The position numbers and the translations under genes are program-made. From IMG/VR virus record IMGVR_UViG_3300042691_038938: a stretch of DNA of 64,000 nucleotides; one strand, given 5' to 3'. The notes under the pieces are model-generated. The model searched no databases and was not told the origin of the DNA. It saw nothing but the letters and a program-made list of their open reading frames with translations. The DNA is from a virus. Its lineage: Duplodnaviria > Caudoviricetes. Position 1 is the stretch's first letter; every line of letters begins with the position of its first letter. Of this stretch, positions 56,743 through 64,000 are shown one piece after another.

Positions 56743-57284
56743 CCCTCTATTTCTCCTTGAGTCTTTTTGATCGGTGGAAACTTCTTTGGATGGGTGTAAG
56801 CTATAAAGATCTGTCTAATGAATGCACCCTTTCCTTGAAAAGTAAAGTCAAGCACTCGTTTGGATTCTAAACCAAGGTCGCCGACCTCTGCCGCAAGGTT
56901 AGAGATCTTTTTAACTGCTTGTCTTTCAGCACGTTGAACTGATCCGTTTATTCCATCCTTACGACCAGCTCCTCCTCTACTAGTCAGACCCACCCAGGCC
57001 TTACCATCCTTGCTCTCCTCAATGGTGACTTCCCAAGAAACCTTCCAATTAGTATCGTCCATGTTGATCTTAATTGAGGTGATCTCTGGATTTGCTCCAA
57101 GCTCCTTGTAAAACTTTGCCAGTGCTTCATTCACGAGAGTGTTCATCTTGCCGCCGAAGCCATCCTTCTTTCTGGACTGAAAGGAATGCATGGCATCATA
57201 GTCTCCCCTAGGTGGTGAGAACTCTCCCTTCACAACTCTCTTTTTCTGTAGAGAAAACTGTTCGTAAAGTTTTAAGTACTTCAT
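56730..57284 (-). CDS. Hypothetical protein, putative internal head protein
   Basis: MKYLKLYEQF; GATAAATA (57291-57298) 6 nt upstream. Confidence 0.7.
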   Translation of the reverse strand: MKYLKLYEQFSLQKKRVVKGEFSPPRGDYDAMHSFQSRKKDGFGGKMNTLVNEALAKFYKELGANPEITSIKINMDDTNWKVSWEVTIEESKDGKAWVGLTSRGGAGRKDGINGSVQRAERQAVKKISNLAAEVGDLGLESKRVLDFTFQGKGAFIRQIFIAYTHPKKFPPIKKTQGEIEGYLS

Positions 57285-57311
57285 ATACTTTATTTATCTT
57301 TTATTTTTAAG

Positions 57312-57317
57312 TACAAT
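57312..57317 (+). promoter_or_regulatory. -10-like element TACAAT of an apparently leaderless gene
   Basis: AGTACAAT then 6 nt then ATG; same spacing at 26993 and 62733. Confidence 0.6.
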
Positions 57318-57323
57318 AGTACT

Positions 57324-57929
57324 ATGATAGACAATTTAGAAACCATTAAGCCTCTCTTAAAATTCTCTGAACCTGGAGACTTTTACATGCTCTATGTGTT
57401 TAAAAGAAAGAAGGATCAGCCTGAAGGGGAACGAGACAATCACCAGTCGGTGCGAACCATTAAAACTTATTGCATTGAGAGCATGGATCACCTGGAGAGA
57501 AGGTGGGACGAGATCAAGCAACTCTGTGAAGTATTCAGGGCCAGAGCCTACATCCATGTGCAGAAACAGAATCATCGGGACGTTTCCTTGAACATGATGG
57601 TCTCACTTGCTGAAAGGATAAGAGACGGTGTTCAAAACCAGAAGGGTCTCTTTGACTCAGTAGTCGGTCAGATCAAGACTCAAGAAAAGAGATGGATCGT
57701 CGATATCGACACTCACGACTACCATGCAGTTAACGAGCTCGCAAAGGTCATCAATCGCTTGGATCCAGCTGGACCTAAGTGCGAAGTAGTTGTTCCCACG
57801 AAGAACGGATATCACCTGATCACTGCAAAGTTTGATGCAAAATCCTTCAAGGAGAAGTTCCCTGACATAGACATACAGAAAAAGAATCCAACTCTTCTCT
57901 ACTATCCGGATTCTCTAGATCAAAACTAA
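57324..57929 (+). CDS. Phage protein with archaeo-eukaryotic primase (AEP)-like motifs
   Basis: WIVDIDT (hhhDhD) and PTKNGYHLI (GxH). Confidence 0.55.
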   Translation: MIDNLETIKPLLKFSEPGDFYMLYVFKRKKDQPEGERDNHQSVRTIKTYCIESMDHLERRWDEIKQLCEVFRARAYIHVQKQNHRDVSLNMMVSLAERIRDGVQNQKGLFDSVVGQIKTQEKRWIVDIDTHDYHAVNELAKVINRLDPAGPKCEVVVPTKNGYHLITAKFDAKSFKEKFPDIDIQKKNPTLLYYPDSLDQN

Positions 57930-57953
57930 TCACTGACTAATAGTAAAAATAAC

Positions 57954-58556
57954 ATGGAAGAATACATTCGTAAGGGCAATCATCACATTGCAGTATTCAT
58001 GAAAGATTTCTATGATACTGGACTAGAGCCTTCGTATTACATTCGTAAGAACAAGGAGTATAAGATTGAGGAAGCTCAGTATCACTCCTCTTGGGACTGG
58101 CTCATGCCAGTTGTCGATAAGATCGAAGAACTTGGATTTAGAGTGTATCTCGATAAGTACTCATGTCAGATCTACAGAAGAGATGCATCATTTCCGGAAA
58201 ACTTTATAGTTGATGCTGATTTCAAGCAGGATAGGCTTGAGAACGCATTTGAAGGAATCTCAGCTTTCGCTGAGTGGTGGTGTCGTAAGAGGAGAAAGAG
58301 ACCTGCACTCAAAAAGAATCCTGAACTCGAAAGGGAAATCTCTGAATTCATCAGTGATTGGATAATTGAAAGAATCTTATTTAAAGAGGAGAATATATTT
58401 GAGACAAGCTTCATGCCGGGCAAGACAACAAAGTGGTATCCTGTGCATCCAAAGGGAAGCTCAAATAGGCCTTATCTTGAAAAAAAGATGAGAGCCGATA
58501 TATGCAGGTTGATCAGACTAAAAAAATCAGATAAGGATGCCGTTTCATCTACGTAG
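57954..58556 (+). CDS. Hypothetical protein (YHSSWDWLMPVV family N-domain)
   Basis: YHSSWDWLMPVVDKIE motif; apparently two-domain. Confidence 0.7.
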   Translation: MEEYIRKGNHHIAVFMKDFYDTGLEPSYYIRKNKEYKIEEAQYHSSWDWLMPVVDKIEELGFRVYLDKYSCQIYRRDASFPENFIVDADFKQDRLENAFEGISAFAEWWCRKRRKRPALKKNPELEREISEFISDWIIERILFKEENIFETSFMPGKTTKWYPVHPKGSSNRPYLEKKMRADICRLIRLKKSDKDAVSST

Positions 58557-58833
58557 AATATCAGACAGGCGCAGTTGGTCAGGTTTAAGAAGCGAGGCTA
58601 TTGCGTGGGACGAGGAGTCAGAGATCGGAAAGATTCACGGTCATGAGCCTGAGGTCGGCAAGTCAATCCTAGTCGGACCCATTAGATCCAACGATATCTG
58701 GATCACGACTCAGGTCGAGGAGATCTTGGAAGAGATCAGAACAGAACAAGTGGACTACCTTAGGTTCAGGACAAAGAACTCAGAGTACGAATGGTGGAAC
58801 GGAGTGCACCCAAAAGAAAGAGATGAAGACTAA
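58537..58833 (+). CDS. Conserved phage hypothetical protein
   Basis: W.TT.VEEI...F.TKNSEYE pattern. Confidence 0.65.
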   Translation: MPFHLRRISDRRSWSGLRSEAIAWDEESEIGKIHGHEPEVGKSILVGPIRSNDIWITTQVEEILEEIRTEQVDYLRFRTKNSEYEWWNGVHPKERDED

Positions 58834-59122
58834 ATACGAGGTATATGCGGTGGGTTCACAGGTGTGGGCGATATCTAGATATAGAGCGTCCAATGGAGAC
58901 ACAGATCATTGCGCAGTCTATCCTGCAATAGTGCGGTCAGTCACCATATACCAGGACGATAAGACGAATGACATCAGCATCGACTACTGGGTAAAGACTC
59001 CAAAGGGCGATGACTGGGGAGACTCAGTGGAAGCAGAGTGGGTGAGCGATAGCTTTGAAGAACTAATAGAAAAACTAAAGGAGGAATGGACAAGGAACGC
59101 CAATCGGATGGATCTAGAGTAA
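58823..59122 (+). CDS. Hypothetical protein
   Basis: 99-aa ORF overlapping the upstream stop. Confidence 0.65.
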   Translation: MKTKYEVYAVGSQVWAISRYRASNGDTDHCAVYPAIVRSVTIYQDDKTNDISIDYWVKTPKGDDWGDSVEAEWVSDSFEELIEKLKEEWTRNANRMDLE

Positions 59123-59496
59123 AGAAGAGTCAAGACTATCAGGTCATGGGAAAGTATTTAGAGCACACTAGACGAGTCTTTACCGTTCGAGAGATACTGC
59201 ACATTAGAGCAAAGATCATGAGGGGCACCAGGATCTCCAGGATAGCTGAGGGATATGGTGTCGATTATCGAGTAATAGCTAATATCTTCAAGGAATTTTG
59301 CTGGGGATTCTCTAAGAACTGCCCGTCAATCGTGATAGAGAGGCTCGGTCACAAGAACGAGCCCTACTATGAAACTGAGGATGAGATGCTAGAAGAGCCT
59401 GAATACTCTTGGGAAAGCCTAAGTGCTCTGGAAAAGGAGTGGTACTTGCAAAGAACGGGAAATCCCACGTTAATCACAAACAAAATAGACAAATGA
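59086..59496 (+). CDS. Hypothetical protein with HTH-like segment
   Basis: RISRIAEGYGVDYRVIANI; start uncertain. Confidence 0.55.
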   Translation: MDKERQSDGSRVKKSQDYQVMGKYLEHTRRVFTVREILHIRAKIMRGTRISRIAEGYGVDYRVIANIFKEFCWGFSKNCPSIVIERLGHKNEPYYETEDEMLEEPEYSWESLSALEKEWYLQRTGNPTLITNKIDK

Positions 59497-59639
59497 AAGA
59501 GTCACTAAACGACAAAAAGAAGAATAATCTTTTTTCTCTTGAGATAATTGAGAATGAGAAATACTGGAAGATCTTTTTAAGAGGGACAATAATTGGGATC
59601 TTTTGTGGTATCGCGATCGCAATGCTCTTGATGAAGTGA
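59493..59639 (+). CDS. Small membrane protein
   Basis: Probable start MKESLND; C-terminal TM helix. Confidence 0.5.
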   Translation: MKESLNDKKKNNLFSLEIIENEKYWKIFLRGTIIGIFCGIAIAMLLMK

Positions 59640-59650
59640 CGTTAGTTTAT

Positions 59651-60250
59651 TTATGCAAAACGGTTTCCTCCTGAAACAAGCTGAGCTATCCCATCCGCGA
59701 GCTCATCTACTAATATTGCGACGGTTGCTGTATAATTCACTTGAGGCACAAAGCTTACGGTCAAGACCTGATAGTCTCTTTCACTATAAGTAACGATTTC
59801 TTGAAGCCCGACTCTTCTAACATATGCTGAATCAATAGCGACTGCCCTATCTTCTAATATGGAGGATGTATCCTGATCTAAAGCATAAAAACGTGGTCCG
59901 CGTGGCTCACCTATTCCTCCATCATAAGTGCTGTTATCGAAGAGAAGATTGACCCTTCTTCCTAGGCTCGAGATCACTCTTTTTCTACCCACTGCAAAGA
60001 ATCTTTCACCTGCTGGGACTCGACGGCCTATTGGAAAATATGCTTCAGCAAGAGTCTCGCTTCCTGGCGAAAAAGCTAACTCAGGTGAATCGATGAAAGT
60101 CTCAGAGTATGCCTCTTGTAGGCTTTCCAAGAGCAAGGACTCAATGTTTAGTGACCATGCTCGCGGATCTCTTCTAGTTGTAAAAGTACGATATGTTGGA
60201 GAAAATCCATATGGAGAATTAACAAGAGATTGGAGTAGTTCAAAGGTCAT
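59651..60250 (-). CDS. Hypothetical late protein
   Basis: 199-aa ORF behind GATAAATA (60270-60277). Confidence 0.7.
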   Translation of the reverse strand: MTFELLQSLVNSPYGFSPTYRTFTTRRDPRAWSLNIESLLLESLQEAYSETFIDSPELAFSPGSETLAEAYFPIGRRVPAGERFFAVGRKRVISSLGRRVNLLFDNSTYDGGIGEPRGPRFYALDQDTSSILEDRAVAIDSAYVRRVGLQEIVTYSERDYQVLTVSFVPQVNYTATVAILVDELADGIAQLVSGGNRFA

Positions 60251-60305
60251 GGATTGTGAGATTTTATTTTATTTATCTACAGGATTTTAGTACAATAGTG
60301 ATAAG

Positions 60306-61031
60306 ATGAAAGATAGCATTTACGAGAGCATTTACGACTTCTGCAAGGTCAGAAACCTGGGCACGGTATTTATGAATGGTGACGAGCCCACACCAAGGGT
60401 AAAGTTCATCCTTGACCTCTTGGACAAGGAGGGGATTCCTTATGAGTTAGACAAGTTTAAAGTCAATAGCGCTCAATGCTATAACATCATACTTAGGGGT
60501 TCCAGTTCAAGAATGGTGACCGCTCACCATGACATCGTGAATCCCAACATCGATAACGCCAACGACAACTCGGCCTCAGTGATCAATGCAATCGCGATAA
60601 AGAAGAAACTACCTGAGGTTCACGTAGTCCTCCTAGACGGTGAGGAGGTGGGCGGCTTGGGATCCCAACGATGTTCTGAACAGATCAAGGCTGGCGAGTT
60701 CGGAGAGATCGAGTGGGTGCTGAACTTAGAACTTACTGGCCGAGGTGGCAAGAACTTTTTTATCGGCAACTATCCAGGTCCGCTGAGCGATCGTATCGGT
60801 GGAATGTTTGAGTGTCAGATAGAGTCAACCCCTTTCAACGACTCGGTCATCTTTAGGAGAAACGGCATCGACTCAGTTGTGATCAATCCCTTGCCTATAG
60901 TTGATGGAGAGCTAGACTTTAGCATGCTCTGGAACTGTCACTCAAGTCGAGACACACTAGATACGATCTGCACCAAGGACATGCAGGAATTCGTGGAAGA
61001 GGTGGTGATTCCTATACTTAGGAACGACTAG
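60306..61031 (+). CDS. M28-family zinc metallopeptidase
   Basis: TAHHD, ANDNSAS, DGEEVGGLGS, LNLE, CHS..DT. Confidence 0.88.
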   Translation: MKDSIYESIYDFCKVRNLGTVFMNGDEPTPRVKFILDLLDKEGIPYELDKFKVNSAQCYNIILRGSSSRMVTAHHDIVNPNIDNANDNSASVINAIAIKKKLPEVHVVLLDGEEVGGLGSQRCSEQIKAGEFGEIEWVLNLELTGRGGKNFFIGNYPGPLSDRIGGMFECQIESTPFNDSVIFRRNGIDSVVINPLPIVDGELDFSMLWNCHSSRDTLDTICTKDMQEFVEEVVIPILRND

Positions 61032-61034
61032 ATT

Positions 61035-62687
61035 TTAAACTGTTCCTACTTGTAAAGATCCTTGAGCTGAGCTAAATGGATCGTTTGTGCTATAAGCGAA
61101 TCCCTGCGTTCCTGATGCGGAGTTACCATTTCCGCTGTTGTCATTCAATAGAGCGCTTTCTGTTGTTCCTTGAAACAATAGAAGTTTAACAGTCGGTAAA
61201 GTTGGGACGGTGAATGGTGCAGCAGGTGACGTGAATCCAGCTGTTGAATACTGCGCGGTGTCTGACCATCTAAAGTTACTTATGAATCCGTCGAGCGAAG
61301 AATTAGGCTCGTTACCGTATCCTATTGCTAAAGGCAAGCCTTGACTCGGTATTGGGTCGGGGTACGGATTTGATGCAACATTTATACCATCGATAAAGAG
61401 ATCAATATTACCACTTGTTCTCATTGCGCATATATGATACCATTGTCCTAGTGTAGGTGTAAATGACCCAACCGACCTCTGATCACCGTTTGCCCAGAAA
61501 ATGATTTGATTAGTTTGAAAAGATATAGCATTGGCAGCAGTCGGAAAGGCACCAAAACTATACGGACGAGGGGAGGTGCCGAAGACGTCTAGTTGATTAA
61601 AATTAACAAACATCTCGATCGTAAAATCACCCGTGATATCGAAGTCTATGCTTGCTGGAATACTAAGGTCCGACACCAGAATATTAACGTCTACCGTCCA
61701 CCCATTTCCTTCTAGAACTTCTTTGGCCGCAAGACCAATTTCACTCGGCGCAGCATTAGTAACTCCAGATAAATCAACATATCCATTCGATACCCCGTTA
61801 GTACTTAAAGCAACTAAGATGTTATCTACAGCTTCTTCCGTTAGAGCCCCATCATCCACATCCACAGATTCACCATCACCAAGAGGCTGGGTATTTGATA
61901 TAATTACATTTGTGATATCATCGTTATTACTTAGATCAAACCCTCGTAAAGAAGGCAACATTGATAAGTCAATACTAGTAATATTGCAATCATCAAAATC
62001 TATATACTGAAGGTCATTTAAACCAGTCAAATCTGGAGTTCCAGCAGAAAAATCACTGTCATCAAGATAAAGAAATTCTAATGAAGTACAACCTGAAACA
62101 TTAACACTTGTTAATGATGGCGCCTCTGTATCAAGATCATCACAATCACTAATATCAATATATGTAAGATTAGTCATTCCTGAAAAATCTACGCTTACTA
62201 ATGAATTGTAGTCTGCTCTAAATTCTTGTAAATTGGCAAGGGTTTGTAAACCAGTTATTGATACTAAAGATGAATAATTATCATCCCAACCTGGAAAATC
62301 CAACTGTAATACTTTAAGAGGATCATCAAATGTAACTTTAACTGTGTACTCTCCACCTTCATCATATGTATGTTCTTCTGAATAGAATCCTCCAGAGCCT
62401 GAACCTTCATATGTATTACCGTCGCCCCAATCAATAGTAAATTCGATTGGTTCATTTGTAGAAGTAAATTCAATTCTAAAGTCAAGTTCTTGTGTTGTAT
62501 TTACTACAAATTGTAAGCCGGTTGGCGGCACACTCCCTCCGCCGGCGGCCCCGCCAAACATGGTATTTGTTCCACGGTTTCTTGCCTGACTTAGCCTAGC
62601 TGCCTGCTCTAACAGGGCATCTTGCTCAAATTTTGCACGAAGAGCTCTCTGCTCCGGCGATTCACCTCCCCAATTGATGAATGACAT
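61035..62687 (-). CDS. Putative virion adhesin: shared N-anchor, PKD-like domain, leucine-rich repeats, LamG/ConA-like domain
   Basis: Probable start MSFINWG at 62687; IDWGDG..HTYD (PKD); LxxLxxLxxxxNxL repeats; GDFTIEMFV..WYHICAMR..LFIDG..GFISNFR (LamG). Confidence 0.85.
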   Translation of the reverse strand: MSFINWGGESPEQRALRAKFEQDALLEQAARLSQARNRGTNTMFGGAAGGGSVPPTGLQFVVNTTQELDFRIEFTSTNEPIEFTIDWGDGNTYEGSGSGGFYSEEHTYDEGGEYTVKVTFDDPLKVLQLDFPGWDDNYSSLVSITGLQTLANLQEFRADYNSLVSVDFSGMTNLTYIDISDCDDLDTEAPSLTSVNVSGCTSLEFLYLDDSDFSAGTPDLTGLNDLQYIDFDDCNITSIDLSMLPSLRGFDLSNNDDITNVIISNTQPLGDGESVDVDDGALTEEAVDNILVALSTNGVSNGYVDLSGVTNAAPSEIGLAAKEVLEGNGWTVDVNILVSDLSIPASIDFDITGDFTIEMFVNFNQLDVFGTSPRPYSFGAFPTAANAISFQTNQIIFWANGDQRSVGSFTPTLGQWYHICAMRTSGNIDLFIDGINVASNPYPDPIPSQGLPLAIGYGNEPNSSLDGFISNFRWSDTAQYSTAGFTSPAAPFTVPTLPTVKLLLFQGTTESALLNDNSGNGNSASGTQGFAYSTNDPFSSAQGSLQVGTV

Positions 62688-62744
62688 GGTATCAAGTTTA
62701 TTTGTTTTATTTATCTTTTCGGAGATCTTTAGTATAATAGCTAC

Positions 62745-62870
62745 ATGAAAAATCAAAATATTTACCGATTATTGGTTCAATTTTCGCTTATTGTCGGAAT
62801 AGTCCACCTTGCCTCCCAAGGAATGGAGGGTTGGGGCTGGCTTATTATTGCATTATTTTTAACCCTATAA
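62745..62870 (+). CDS. 41-aa membrane peptide absent from the ORF track
   Basis: MKNQNIYRLLVQFSLIVGIVHLASQGMEGWGWLIIALFLTL; TATAAT 6 nt upstream. Confidence 0.6.
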   Translation: MKNQNIYRLLVQFSLIVGIVHLASQGMEGWGWLIIALFLTL

Positions 62871-62880
62871 ATACGAAGAG

Positions 62881-63315
62881 ATGAATAAGTTTAGAGTGGG
62901 AGACAGGCTGCGAGCCAATGAGTTCGATCGAGAGAACTACGACCTCACGTGGGTGACGATCACTGAGATAGACGAGGAGAACGAGGTCTACCACTGGCAG
63001 GCAGAGGAACCTCTCACCGGCGACGCGATCCACTCAGGTTACTTCTTTCCCGACGCTGTCGAGTACGATGAGAGGGAAGAGGCAATGATCAGGATGATGC
63101 GGGAGGACGAGGCGTCCGGAATCTATCAGGAACTCAGCCCAGTGGAGTGGTTCATTGAGGAACTCAAGAAGCTCAATGAGATACTGGATCCCCAGACCTG
63201 GCACTTCACCCGGATCGAGATCTACGAAAAGGCCAAACGGATGGAACGGGAAAGGGACGAGCTGCTCAAGGACTTCGATAACTGGAAGAAGTGGAAACAC
63301 GGAGAACCTTTCTAA
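62881..63315 (+). CDS. Mosaic hypothetical protein
   Basis: Contains IRMMREDEASGIY and SPVEWFIEEL..EKAKRMERE modules; GC-richer than its neighbours. Confidence 0.7.
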   Translation: MNKFRVGDRLRANEFDRENYDLTWVTITEIDEENEVYHWQAEEPLTGDAIHSGYFFPDAVEYDEREEAMIRMMREDEASGIYQELSPVEWFIEELKKLNEILDPQTWHFTRIEIYEKAKRMERERDELLKDFDNWKKWKHGEPF

Positions 63316-63428
63316 ATTAGAACATCACCGCCATGCAAAAGTACACAGCAGACTTTGGGCTCCAGGCAAGGACCACTCCTTGGCCGCATCGAACCCATTC
63401 AGACGTCGAGGTTGAGATCAAACTCTTA

Positions 63429-63803
63429 TTAATATCTTTCCCCTCTATATCTGCGCTCGTTCTCAGCCTGGACGTCAGCCATGCGCTTCCACATCTCCTC
63501 TGTTCTTCTTTCAGAGTCCTCTCTGAATCTACCCTTTCTCTGCCACAGGCTTTCATCATCCATAAAACTCCTCTTTAGTCTGTCCAATTCCAATAAGAGC
63601 TGGTTTGCAGGCTCAGCATAGTTCTCATTGATATATCTAGAGTCGACTCCCTCAATCCTTAGAGCTCTTAGGTGATCTACTAGAGCAGAAAGATCGTTTA
63701 GTGGTTCCTGAAAGACTTCCATTGAATGTAATAGGTCCTTATATGTCTCGTTGATTCGACTCTCGTTCAGGTGATTTTCAAATCCTTTTACGTAATTCTT
63801 CAT
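63429..63803 (-). CDS. Hypothetical protein, putative internal head protein
   Basis: MKNYVKGFENHLNE; GATAAATA at 63823-63830. Confidence 0.7.
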   Translation of the reverse strand: MKNYVKGFENHLNESRINETYKDLLHSMEVFQEPLNDLSALVDHLRALRIEGVDSRYINENYAEPANQLLLELDRLKRSFMDDESLWQRKGRFREDSERRTEEMWKRMADVQAENERRYRGERY

Positions 63804-63916
63804 GATGGTTCTTTATTTTTTTTATTTATCTACTACGGAGTCCAGCTACTAATACTAAATAACTAGAGATAAAGATAAAAGAAAAGATTGGTAGGCGACA
63901 GAGACCCAAACCCTTT

Positions 63917-64000
63917 AAAAAGAACCGCTAAACCTTGATATGCCGCTGCTGCTATAGCCGCCGCTAGTGTCTAGAGACTGGCTTCTTGAGCCTGAAGAGC
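63917..64000 (-). CDS. Ser/Gly-rich C-terminus of an ORF truncated at the window end
   Basis: Open frame ...SSGSRSQSLDTSGGYSSSGISRFSGSF*. Confidence 0.35.

Noticed and set aside
524-63578. Numerous 60-145-aa ORFs antisense to or out of frame within longer genes (e.g. 524-937, 12134-12427, 45667-46101, 50908-51348, 63333-63578)
   Set aside because: They overlap well-supported genes, lack promoter and start context and have no recognisable motifs; treated as shadow ORFs.
1-64000. Stop-codon reassignment (TAG or TGA) as in some jumbo phages
   Set aside because: Core genes are full-length under code 11, and TAG/TGA end genes at expected positions (uvsW, primase, M28).
1-64000. tRNA or rRNA genes
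   Set aside because: No cloverleaf with a T-loop consensus was seen in any intergenic gap; most gaps are too short.

Overview
The window is 64 kb of a large lytic T4-like (myovirus) jumbo phage genome, not a bacterial chromosome. It carries T4-type portal (gp20), neck (gp13), head-completion (gp4), gp25/gp53/gp27/gp5-like baseplate genes, UvsW, UvsY, primase, a split family-B DNA polymerase, PhoH and a GH19 endolysin. Standard code 11 is used. A Bacteroidota host is my inference, from the lack of Shine-Dalgarno sites and from small-gene families I recognise. Positions 1-8719 are a glycan operon: LpxD-like acyltransferase, AsnB, PIG-L deacetylase, sulfotransferase, glycosyltransferases, NeuB, a HAD phosphatase and a Cst-II/GT42-like transferase. 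The strongest pattern is that about 25 unrelated proteins start with a short [K/R]-x-x-(S/K)-(F/Y)-x-x-(F/Y)-x-N-E leader resembling the T4 capsid-targeting sequence plus a prohead-protease Glu site, and most lie behind a GATAAATA late-promoter-like motif. This suggests a large capsid-packaged, host-injected cargo set that includes an adenylate cyclase, a Pol-beta nucleotidyltransferase, a retropepsin-like protease and a lysozyme-like protein. Other notable items are apparently leaderless transcripts, a pseudoknot-like leader with an 11-bp 5'/3' inverted repeat enclosing one gene, and two adhesin-like paralogues sharing an N-terminal anchor. All family calls are by motif recognition; no database searches were run.
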